DNA from: an uncultured delta proteobacterium
GTDB lineage: Bacteria > Desulfobacterota > Desulfobacteria > Desulfobacterales > B30-G6
Reading direction: 5' to 3'
NCBI GenBank assembly: GCA_963823335.1
Contig: CAWGLD010000001.1
Coordinates: forward strand, 556,548 to 588,547
Length of the DNA stretch: 32,000 bases
The notes beneath the pieces are model-generated. The model saw only the letters and a program-made list of their open reading frames with translations, was not told the origin of the DNA and did not search any database. Position 1 is the first letter of the stretch; every line of letters begins with the position of its first letter. Below are positions 1-7,400 of this stretch, one piece after another. The translations under genes were made by a program, and so were the position numbers.

Positions 1-153
1 CCCATGGCCAAGAATGTCATCCGAGCACTCTCTGCCGCTGAAACCCGACCGTTTTTAGATACCGTTCTCATGCAGACCACCGCCGAAGACGTTGAGAAAC
101 TTGTTCGTGAAGCATACGGAGACATCATAACCCAGGCAACATCACCGGAATAG
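1..153 (+). CDS. 3-prime end of an unidentified CDS entering from upstream (last 50 aa, ...GDIITQATSPE*)
   Basis: Frame 1 is open from the window edge to TAG at 151-153. No recognisable motif. The G-rich composite repeat begins at the next base, as at four other gene ends. Confidence 0.35.
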   Translation, partial: PMAKNVIRALSAAETRPFLDTVLMQTTAEDVEKLVREAYGDIITQATSPE

Positions 154-280
154 GGGGAAGGGTATGAAGGGACCGAGGGTCCAGGGTTCGAGGGTGATAC
201 AAGGGTTGGAGAGTGGCTGAGGGCAGTGAGCGAAAGGCACCTAATCGTCTACAGTCTAAACCGCTAAAAGGCTAACCAGG
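154..280 (+). repeat. Composite intergenic repeat, copy A (G-rich GGGTTCGAGGGT-like arm, conserved core 215-242, CTAAA-rich tail)
   Basis: Core GGCTGAGGGCAGTGAGCGAAAGGCACCT and tail TCTACAGTCTAAACCGCTAAAAGGCTAACC are near-identical to 3469-3530. They are clearly alignable with 11729-11785 and 15861-15910. Confidence 0.85.
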
Positions 281-293
281 GAGTTGACCGTCA

Positions 294-755
294 ATGAATC
301 AGGGTCATATAAAAAAGATCGCAGAAAACCGAAAAGCGCGTTACGATTTTCATATCGAAGATACCTATGAGGCCGGAATTGTACTGCTCGGGACTGAAGT
401 TAAATCCCTCCGAACAGGCCGGGCCAACCTGAAAGACTCTTACGCCAAGGTTACCAATGGGGAGGTGTTCGCACACCAGATTCACATCGGCGCTTATCCC
501 TTCGCCTACTACGACAACCACGACCCTTTGAGGGTTAGAAAACTTCTTTTGAAAAATCATGAAATCAAACGGCTCTACGCAAAAGTCAACGAGAAGGGAT
601 ATTCTCTGATACCCTTGAGCCTCTACTTCAAGGACGGCAAGGCCAAGATGACCCTGGCCCTGGCAAAAGGCAAACGCAAGTACGACAAACGGGAATCCAT
701 CAGAAGCCGAGATGAAAAAAGAGATCTGGATCGTCAGAGAAAAGAGTACAAATAA
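294..755 (+). CDS. smpB: SsrA-binding protein SmpB
   Basis: 153 aa. N-terminus IAENRKARYDFHIEDTYEAGIVLLGTEVKSLR and basic C-terminal tail are typical of SmpB. Confidence 0.95.
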   Translation: MNQGHIKKIAENRKARYDFHIEDTYEAGIVLLGTEVKSLRTGRANLKDSYAKVTNGEVFAHQIHIGAYPFAYYDNHDPLRVRKLLLKNHEIKRLYAKVNEKGYSLIPLSLYFKDGKAKMTLALAKGKRKYDKRESIRSRDEKRDLDRQRKEYK

Positions 756-808
756 AATCGCTGTGCGACTTTATTTGCGAATGCGTTCAGAGTAGATGGA
801 GTACTCTC

Positions 809-1186
809 ATGTCACTGAAAAAAACACCGAACACATCCAACAACCGTGACCGGATTGTTGCGGAAGCCCGTCGCGAACAGGCGCGTCGAGAAAAAAGCTA
901 CCGGGAACGGGCGCTCAAGATGTTCCCCTGGATATGTGGTCGTTGCGGTCGTGAATTTTCCGGACAGCGTGTTCGAGAACTGACCGTGCATCACAAGGAT
1001 CACGACCACGACAACAACCCGCCGGATGGGAGCAACTGGGAACTGCTCTGCATCTACTGCCACGACAACGAACACTCACGGGACCAGGTGGCAGAGTGGT
1101 ACCAACAGACCCCTGCGGATGACGAGTCGTCTCCGGTGGTCGGCCACAAGCCCTTTGCCGGTCTTGCCGATCTTTTAAAAAAATAA
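809..1186 (+). CDS. yajD: YajD-type HNH endonuclease family protein
   Basis: 125 aa. YRERALKMFPWICGRCGREF...LTVHHKDHDHDNNPPDGSNWELLCIYCHDNEH matches the YajD HNH signature. Confidence 0.85.
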   Translation: MSLKKTPNTSNNRDRIVAEARREQARREKSYRERALKMFPWICGRCGREFSGQRVRELTVHHKDHDHDNNPPDGSNWELLCIYCHDNEHSRDQVAEWYQQTPADDESSPVVGHKPFAGLADLLKK

Positions 1187-1238
1187 TACCAGTATAAAAT
1201 CGGGTAAGATCCTCTTTTCCCGAACACAAGGACTTGCA

Positions 1239-2447
1239 ATGAACAACCCGCCTGCAGTAGCCGTTGTCGGTACATTTGATTCAAAGGGAGAAGAACATCT
1301 GTTCCTCAAGAACCGTATTGAAGAATTGGGGCTCCAGGTGTTGACCGTAAATGTCGGGACCAGAGAACCCATTCCCTTCGAAGTATCCCATGACCTGTAT
1401 GCGTCCATGAAAAAGGATGCGACACTGGATGACAGTAACCGGGACAAAGCCATTCAGGGAATGATCCATGGAGGCATACAGTTAATAAAACAACTGTATC
1501 GCGATGGTAAAATCCAGGCCATGATATCCGCCGGCGGTGGCAGTGGAACGCACCTCTGTTCCAGTATCATGCGCGAACTCCCTATCGGGGTTCCAAAGGT
1601 GATGGTTTCAACCGTTGCCTCTCGAGACATGAAGCACACTGTCGGCACCAAAGACATCACCATGATGCACAGCGTGGTGGACCTGCTGGGGGTGAACAGC
1701 ATTTCCGGAATTATTCTGGACAAGGCCGCAGCAGCCGTTTGCGGCATGACCATGAGTCAATGGCGGCCTGCTAAAGACAAAAGACGTATTGCACTCTCAT
1801 TTTTCGGCTTCATCACAAAATCGGCCGAAGCAGTTAAAAAGGCCCTGGAGGGCATGGGCTATGAAGTGATTCCCTTTCATGCCAATGGCACCGGCGGTAT
1901 GGCCATGGAGGAGCTGGCCGCAGAAGGATATTTTGACGGCATTCTCGATCTGGCAACCCATGAACTGGCCGATGCGTTGATGGGTGGCTACTGCAGCGGC
2001 ATCGGGCCCGGGCGTTTCGAGCCGTCTGCGGGGAAAAATATTCCCCGGCTGATCACACCGGGAGGTCTTGACTGTGCCGTGCTCGAATTTACTCGCCAGC
2101 ATGTTCCCGAAGAATACAGGAACCGCAAGGTATTTTATTATGACTTCAGATCCGCCATTCGCCTCACCCTCGAAGAGAGCCGGGTACTGGCTGAACAGCT
2201 GTCTGACAGACTGAACAAGGACGTGAAAAATGTTCATGTCCTGGTTCCCACCCAAGGATGGTCCGAAGCAGACCAGCAGGACGGACCGCTGTATGACCCT
2301 GAAACAAATGCATATCTGGTTAAAATTTTCAAAGAAAAACTGGACAAACGCATTCAGCTTCAGGAAATCGACATGCACATCAATGATCCTGGTTTTGCTC
2401 AAATTGCGGCCAATGTAATGGATCAGATGGTCAAAGAGCGCAGCTAA
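1239..2447 (+). CDS. UPF0261 / Tm-1-like ATP-binding domain protein, paralog 1
   Basis: 402 aa, ATG with AAGGA 7 nt upstream. Conserved blocks GGGSGT, PIGVPKVMVSTVASRD and GTKDITMMHSVVDLLGVN are shared with ORFs 3796-5007 and 15977-17188. Confidence 0.8.
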   Translation: MNNPPAVAVVGTFDSKGEEHLFLKNRIEELGLQVLTVNVGTREPIPFEVSHDLYASMKKDATLDDSNRDKAIQGMIHGGIQLIKQLYRDGKIQAMISAGGGSGTHLCSSIMRELPIGVPKVMVSTVASRDMKHTVGTKDITMMHSVVDLLGVNSISGIILDKAAAAVCGMTMSQWRPAKDKRRIALSFFGFITKSAEAVKKALEGMGYEVIPFHANGTGGMAMEELAAEGYFDGILDLATHELADALMGGYCSGIGPGRFEPSAGKNIPRLITPGGLDCAVLEFTRQHVPEEYRNRKVFYYDFRSAIRLTLEESRVLAEQLSDRLNKDVKNVHVLVPTQGWSEADQQDGPLYDPETNAYLVKIFKEKLDKRIQLQEIDMHINDPGFAQIAANVMDQMVKERS

Positions 2448-2487
2448 ATGTCTAACTCCGAATATCAAAAGCGGAGATCTTCCAAAA

Positions 2488-3366
2488 ATGATTATCAAAC
2501 CCGATTGCATCCCCTGTATCTTGAACATGTCTTTGCACTATCTTCGCAAACTGTCCCTTGGCGAGGAACAGGTCAACAAGATCTGTTCAGATATTCTGAC
2601 ATTGCGACCCCTCAGGGGAGAGATATGGGATATCACCAGCCCGGAAATCATCGAGCCGATCATGAAGAAAATCATGTCCGCTGTCGGCAGTCACGATCCC
2701 TTTGCAGTTGAAAGGGTAAAGCAGAACCAGAAGATGCTGACGCTGTATCCACAGCTGCAAAAAATGGTAAAGACAGCTGAGCATCCATTTAAAGCAGCAG
2801 CACACCTCGCCGGTCTTGGAAATGCCATCGATGTCATGCTGGTGGGGGGTGCCACAGATATTCAGAAAATCATCAAAGAACAACTCGCCGATCCTCTGCC
2901 GGAAAATGTATTAGAGATACTTGAAAAACGGATCATGAGCAGTCGCCACATTCTCTACTTTGGCGACAATGCCGGAGAAATCGTTCTGGACAGGCTGTTC
3001 ATCGAAACGATCAAAGAGCACTATGATACAGACATTACCTTTGTGGTCAGAAGTATGCCGACCTTGAACGATGCAACCCTGAAAGATGCAGAACAGACAG
3101 GTATGGCCAATCTGGTGCGTGTCATGGAGAACGGTATCGATGGTCCTGTCCCCGGAACCCTGCTGAATCGATGCTCAGGTGAGTTGCAGCGTCTTTTTCA
3201 GGAGGCGGATCTGATCATATCCAAAGGCGGTGGGAATTTTGACACCCTGGATGAGCTGCCGGAGAAGCGCAAAAGCAAGATATCCTATCTGCTGCTGTCA
3301 AAATGCCGCCCCTACCAAGAGCATTTTGGTGTGGGATTGCAGCGGGCGATACTATTTAACGCTTAG
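2488..3366 (+). CDS. DUF89 (ARMT1-like) metal-dependent phosphatase family protein
   Basis: 292 aa. N-terminal KPDCIPCILN CxxC, GDNAGEIVLD and SKGGGNFDTL blocks are typical of the DUF89 damage-control phosphatase family. Confidence 0.75.
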   Translation: MIIKPDCIPCILNMSLHYLRKLSLGEEQVNKICSDILTLRPLRGEIWDITSPEIIEPIMKKIMSAVGSHDPFAVERVKQNQKMLTLYPQLQKMVKTAEHPFKAAAHLAGLGNAIDVMLVGGATDIQKIIKEQLADPLPENVLEILEKRIMSSRHILYFGDNAGEIVLDRLFIETIKEHYDTDITFVVRSMPTLNDATLKDAEQTGMANLVRVMENGIDGPVPGTLLNRCSGELQRLFQEADLIISKGGGNFDTLDELPEKRKSKISYLLLSKCRPYQEHFGVGLQRAILFNA

Positions 3367-3380
3367 AGAACTTTAAAAAA

Positions 3381-3562
3381 GGGTTTGAGGGTGATACAAG
3401 GGTGGTACAAGGGTTCGAGGGGGATAAAGGGGTTCGAGGGTCAGAGGGGGATACAAGGGTTGGAGGGTGGCTGACAGCAGTTAGCGAAAGGCACCTAATA
3501 GTCTACAGTCTAAACCGCTAAAAGGCTAACCAGGGGTGGAGGGTGGTACAGGGGTTGGAGGG
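3381..3562 (+). repeat. Composite intergenic repeat, copy B (long G-rich arm, core 3469-3496, CTAAA tail, second G-rich arm)
   Basis: Starts 14 nt after the DUF89 stop. Core GGCTGACAGCAGTTAGCGAAAGGCACCT and tail are near-identical to copy A. Confidence 0.85.
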
Positions 3563-3568
3563 AAATAA

Positions 3569-3790
3569 CTGTCATTTGCTTCGCGTAAATGAAAATGTTT
3601 CAGCTGTTAGGTTTTAAGTGTTAGGTAAGTCACGGGCTAAGAGCAACAATAAATTACGCGCGCAGCGCAAATGACAGCCGAAGGCGAAATGTCGCGCGCA
3701 GCGCAAATGTCGTCCGCTAGGACAAATGACGCACGAAGTGCAAATGACATCCGAAGGATAAATGACGCCTGAAAGGCGAATGCACAGGGG
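3569..3790 (+). repeat. AAATGAC 18-nt tandem and inverted repeat element, copy 1
   Basis: Left arm TGTCATTTGCTTCGCG (inverted unit). About seven tandem units AAATGACNNCCGNAGGNN run from 3651 to 3778 with 18-nt phase (units begin 3651, 3669, 3687, 3705, 3724, 3742, 3760). A CAGCTG plus GTTTTAAG/GTTAGG module is nested at 3601-3630. Homologous to 28818-28985. Confidence 0.85.
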
Positions 3791-3795
3791 GGCCC

Positions 3796-5007
3796 ATGCA
3801 GAAACCAAGCGTACTTCTTGTGGCAACAATGGATACCAAGTTCAGGGAAGCCGGCTTCATAGAATCCTGTCTCAAAGAATCCGGCTGTGCGGTCACGGTT
3901 ATGGATGCCGGGATTCGTGGCGATAGCCCCGTACCTGTCACAATTACAAGACACGAAGTCGCCCGGGCCGGCGGAAAAACATTATCGGAAATTCAATCCA
4001 TAGGCCACGAAGGCGAAGCTCTCAACATGATGCTCATGGGCGCCTGCAGGATTGCGGACGAAATGATCGCCAAGGGTGCCGTCATTGGTGTCATAAGTCT
4101 GGGCGGCTCCATGGGAACCACACTCGGTACGGGTGTCATGCGCCGATTTCCCATCGGGGTCCCAAAGGTGATGATCTCCACCATGGCCTCCAGGGATACC
4201 CGCACGTTTGTGGGAACAAAAGACATTCTTATGCTGCACGCCGTCTGTGATCTCTCGGGCCTCAACCGGTTTTCGAGAAAAATACTCCACAACGGCGCCA
4301 TGGCCCTCTACGGCATGGTGTCCCGGAGCCGGAAAGACATTTCATCAGACAAATCCATGATCTTTATTTCCACTCTGGGAACCACCGAGAAATGTGTTCA
4401 GGAGATACGCGCCTCCCTCGAAAAACAGGGTAAGGAAGTCGTGGTCTTTCACACGGTGGGTTCCGGCGGCAGAGCCATGGAAGAACTCATCGCCTCAGAA
4501 CCGGTTGAAGCCCTGGTGGACCTCTCCCTGCATGAAATGGCGGATCATCGTTTCGGAGGGGATTACGATGCAGGACCTGACAGGGGTTCCGTGGCATTGA
4601 AAAAGGGGATTCCGGTCGTCCTGGTACCCGGAAATATCGATTTTCTTGTGTCAGGACCGCTGGAGCAGTCCCTGAAAGATTTTCCCGATCGGCCGTACCA
4701 TGTTCACAATACAGCCATTACGGTTGTACGAACGACCCGTGAAGAGATTGAAAGCATTGCCCGGCATGTAGGGGATTATTGTAATGCCGCCCCTGGACCG
4801 TACACCCTGGTAATTCCCATGAAGGGATTTTCAGCCTTTGACGCCATAGAGGGGCCGCTTCACGACCCCCAGGCACCGACCTGCTTTGTCAAAGCCCTGG
4901 AATCCCAGCTGTCCGACACATCACGGATGCACACCCTGCCATACCACATCAATGATTCCGGCTTTTCTGCAGCTGTGATTGAAAAGCTCCAAGAACTGTT
5001 GCCCTGA
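3796..5007 (+). CDS. UPF0261 / Tm-1-like ATP-binding domain protein, paralog 2
   Basis: 403 aa. Carries GGSMGT, PIGVPKVMISTMASRD and GTKDILMLHAVCDLSGLN, the same block order as paralogs 1 and 3. Confidence 0.8.
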   Translation: MQKPSVLLVATMDTKFREAGFIESCLKESGCAVTVMDAGIRGDSPVPVTITRHEVARAGGKTLSEIQSIGHEGEALNMMLMGACRIADEMIAKGAVIGVISLGGSMGTTLGTGVMRRFPIGVPKVMISTMASRDTRTFVGTKDILMLHAVCDLSGLNRFSRKILHNGAMALYGMVSRSRKDISSDKSMIFISTLGTTEKCVQEIRASLEKQGKEVVVFHTVGSGGRAMEELIASEPVEALVDLSLHEMADHRFGGDYDAGPDRGSVALKKGIPVVLVPGNIDFLVSGPLEQSLKDFPDRPYHVHNTAITVVRTTREEIESIARHVGDYCNAAPGPYTLVIPMKGFSAFDAIEGPLHDPQAPTCFVKALESQLSDTSRMHTLPYHINDSGFSAAVIEKLQELLP

Positions 5008-5013
5008 TCTCTA

Positions 5014-5388
5014 TCAGAAGCCATCAACAACCATCTTCCTGAAAAAAGCTATTGTGTCTTTTGCTTCAGTAATTACTGAATAAATAAGAACGCAAAACTG
5101 AAGACCAAAAATAACGCTTTCTAAAATAAAGAACTGTCTTGGGCTTGCGGTAAAAACAAGAAAAGGAACCAGTATCGCCGATAGCCAGAGAAAAATATAA
5201 CGGAATATAATCTTTTTCTTCCGATTTTTTTCCCTTATCAGAGAAATAATTTTCAACATAACATAAACAATAATAATATCCGAGATGCTCCACAATATCC
5301 CTTGAACTTTTGTGGTCAACAGATAGGCTTCTGTTGAAAAGCTCTTACCTATTTCCCAAAAAAACATATCTGTTAATTCTGAGATCAT
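5014..5388 (-). CDS. Hypothetical small integral membrane protein (AT-rich islet)
   Basis: 124 aa, several hydrophobic helices. Start overlaps the upstream gene stop (ATGA at 5385-5388). Helix ILWSISDIIIVYVMLKIISLIR resembles helices of the 198-aa neighbour. Confidence 0.55.
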   Translation of the reverse strand: MISELTDMFFWEIGKSFSTEAYLLTTKVQGILWSISDIIIVYVMLKIISLIREKNRKKKIIFRYIFLWLSAILVPFLVFTASPRQFFILESVIFGLQFCVLIYSVITEAKDTIAFFRKMVVDGF

Positions 5389-5981
5389 GCTAGCTTCTTT
5401 TTTAATAGGAAGAATATTTTAAGCCCAATCAGACCAACAATCCATTCTATGATAATCCAGAACATCCCGCATATTTTGATGTAAAAAGTAAAAGAATTTT
5501 GTATGTTCCTATGGGTATACCCGTCCATATCGACCAATGAGCCAAGATATGAATGGTAGGCAGCATAAAATGAAAAAAGACCTAGGAAGAATATACCCGG
5601 CCCAAATAAAAGAATCCTATTAAGTATTGGTTTTTTTCTCTCGATAACAATTCTTAACAGATTATAGATTTTGAAAACATAAATAACGATAGCCGCCTCG
5701 ATTGCTACCCAGAGGGTGCAAAAGAAATTCCACAAATAGCTGTAATAGAAATATCCTAATGGTTTGTATTTATTGCTTAAATACTTGTCGATATGTATCT
5801 CCTGGCCGAAGTTCAAACAGACAAGAAGAACAAAAACAGTGATACAAAAATAGATAAATGCTATTTGCCGGGCGTCACCATTTTTAAGAAAAATAAACCC
5901 TTTTCTGATATAAATCATAACCAATCCTTCGGCGAACAGCCAAAAGATTCCCATGATCTTTATAAAGAATGATAAACTCAT
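5385..5981 (-). CDS. Hypothetical integral membrane protein with an internally repeated W-x3-E helix motif (AT-rich islet)
   Basis: 198 aa. Three similar helices: IMGIFWLFAEGLVMIYIRKGFIFLK, CTLWVAIEAAIVIYVFKIYNLLR and ICGMFWIIIEWIVGLIGLKIFFLLK. Confidence 0.55.
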   Translation of the reverse strand: MSLSFFIKIMGIFWLFAEGLVMIYIRKGFIFLKNGDARQIAFIYFCITVFVLLVCLNFGQEIHIDKYLSNKYKPLGYFYYSYLWNFFCTLWVAIEAAIVIYVFKIYNLLRIVIERKKPILNRILLFGPGIFFLGLFSFYAAYHSYLGSLVDMDGYTHRNIQNSFTFYIKICGMFWIIIEWIVGLIGLKIFFLLKKKLA

Positions 5982-6014
5982 GTCTCTTAACCTGGATGAC
6001 GCCTACAACATTTT

Positions 6015-6695
6015 CTAAACGAGCATATCCGTCAAATCCGCGATGCTGTCAATGACGGCATCCGGGTTTTCCCGGCTCAACGCTTTATGGTCGTCAAACC
6101 CGGTGAGCACGCCAACCGTCTTCATCCCGGCTGCCTTACCCGCCTGAATATCTATACGCGCATCCCCCACATACATGCAGTCCCGGGGCAGGACGCCAAG
6201 ACTTTTACAGCCCTTTATCAATGGATCCGGCGCCGGCTTTTTACGGGGTGCATCCTCTGCATGGATGATGAACTCCAGCAGCTTGTCAATGCCTGAGTCC
6301 ACCAGTGTCGGCAGTTTGACCGCCATGCTTTGCCGGGGCGTGGATGTAACAATGCCCATCCTGATCCCTTTTTGCACCATGGCCTGCAGGGCTTTTTTTG
6401 CATCAGGGATCAGTTTTACCTGGTTTCTGAAAAGATTTGGATATATTTCGGCAATGATCTCACGGGTTTTCTTTATCAGGTGGTCTTTTTCTTGGGGTGT
6501 TTTTTTCGGGAACACACTGCCCCATTCAAAATCACCATTTTTTGCTGCCTCCCGAAGTCTGTCCCTGGAAGGCATCGGAAAATCGAGTCGATTGAATACT
6601 ATTTCAATAATCTGGTAGTATATGTGAATGGAGTCCAGAATCGTTCCATCGAGGTCAAACAAAACAGCAGTCACATTAATTTTCTTATTGTTCAC
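6015..6695 (-). CDS. HAD-superfamily hydrolase (subfamily IA, phosphoglycolate phosphatase/PpaX-like)
   Basis: 226 aa. Motif I VLFDLDGTILDS, motif II IVTST, and C-terminal YVGDARIDIQAGKAAGM. Confidence 0.8.
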   Translation of the reverse strand: MNNKKINVTAVLFDLDGTILDSIHIYYQIIEIVFNRLDFPMPSRDRLREAAKNGDFEWGSVFPKKTPQEKDHLIKKTREIIAEIYPNLFRNQVKLIPDAKKALQAMVQKGIRMGIVTSTPRQSMAVKLPTLVDSGIDKLLEFIIHAEDAPRKKPAPDPLIKGCKSLGVLPRDCMYVGDARIDIQAGKAAGMKTVGVLTGFDDHKALSRENPDAVIDSIADLTDMLV

Positions 6696-7277
6696 CTAAT
6701 TATCCTGCGCTTTCTTCTTGTGCATCCAAAAATAGTAAAAGGCCAACAAGGTCATGCCATTGTCGATGCGATTGTCATGAATCTCGGAAGAAACATGGGC
6801 CAGGGGAAGCTTGATGACATCCAGGTCTTCCCCTTCATCCAAGGCGGGTGCCTGCTGAAATTCAGCATCCATGGCCAGGCATACAACACATTTGTTGCTC
6901 AATATGGCCGGCTGGGGAAAACATTCACCAATCACACGAAAATCCCTGGATCCATAGCCGGTCTCCTCCAAAAGCTCTCTCCGGGCGGCTGCAATGGGAG
7001 AAGGATCATCCGGGTCCACCAGCCCGCCAGGCAGCTCCAGGTGTACCTTCTCGGTGCCATGGCGGTACTGGTTGACCATCACGACTTCCTGTTCCGCGGT
7101 AAGCGCCAGCACCACAACCCAGGTGGGGAAGTGAATGGCCATCACATTCATGGTCTTCCCGGTTCTGGGCGAGCGTGCCTCTTTTGATTCTATCTGCATG
7201 AGTTTGAAATCATGCAGGATTTTTCGATTCAATATTTTCCACGGTCGGATCATTCTGACAACTCCTTGATTACGCAA
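6696..7277 (-). CDS. Nudix hydrolase (ADP-ribose pyrophosphatase/NudF-like)
   Basis: 193 aa. QYRHG block and Nudix box GGLVDPDDPSPIAAARRELLEETGY. The stop abuts the HAD start codon. The true start may be the internal Met at 7250. Confidence 0.8.
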   Translation of the reverse strand: MRNQGVVRMIRPWKILNRKILHDFKLMQIESKEARSPRTGKTMNVMAIHFPTWVVVLALTAEQEVVMVNQYRHGTEKVHLELPGGLVDPDDPSPIAAARRELLEETGYGSRDFRVIGECFPQPAILSNKCVVCLAMDAEFQQAPALDEGEDLDVIKLPLAHVSSEIHDNRIDNGMTLLAFYYFWMHKKKAQDN

Positions 7278-7279
7278 TG

Positions 7280-7400
7280 TTTTAGGTGTTAGGTATTAAG
7301 TTTTAGGTTCAGCCACAAGACAGGTGCCCCTTTGCTGTCCGCTAATGGCCGTCACCCTTATACCACCCTCCGACCCTCCAACCCCCTCATCACCCTCACC
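7280..7400 (-). repeat. Composite intergenic repeat, copy E (reverse orientation, diverged core)
   Basis: The reverse complement reads GGTGAGGGTGATGAGGGGGTTGGAGGGTCGGAGGGTGG...GACGGCCATTAGCGGACAGCAAAGGGGCACCT...CCTAAAACTTAATACCTAACACCTAAAAC. Its G-rich arm overlaps the LysR stop codon. Confidence 0.7.

Noticed and set aside
181-200. tRNA-like T-arm resemblance of GGGTTCGAGGGT (compare GGTTCGAATCC).
   Set aside because: No acceptor, D or anticodon arms can be drawn around any copy. The motif is simply the repeat unit.
154-264. Stop-codon read-through or a coding function for the composite repeat. In copies A and B the frame containing WL(T/R)AVSERHLIVYSLNR is open, and some differences look synonymous.
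   Set aside because: The frame relative to the upstream stop is not conserved. Copies C and D hit stops in the G-rich arm, and copy E has an 8-nt indel in the core. There is no start codon.
1-810. A tmRNA (ssrA) gene, which is often adjacent to smpB.
   Set aside because: No GGGGCTGA...TCCACCA-type ends and no tag-peptide reading frame are seen in the flanks of smpB within the window.
3651-3778. Possible CRISPR array, suggested by the regularly spaced 18-nt units.
   Set aside because: The units are contiguous with no unique spacers, are much shorter than CRISPR repeats, and no cas genes are present.
3614-3954. ORFs 3614-3829, 3637-3954 and 3717-3941 (minus strand), plus 13807-14130, 13876-14082 and 28895-29143, which translate repeat elements.
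   Set aside because: Their peptide periodicity (for example RHLRCARHFAFGCHLRCAR and FRFRVFVI) is just the 18-nt or 8-nt DNA repeat read in frame. They overlap each other in several frames.
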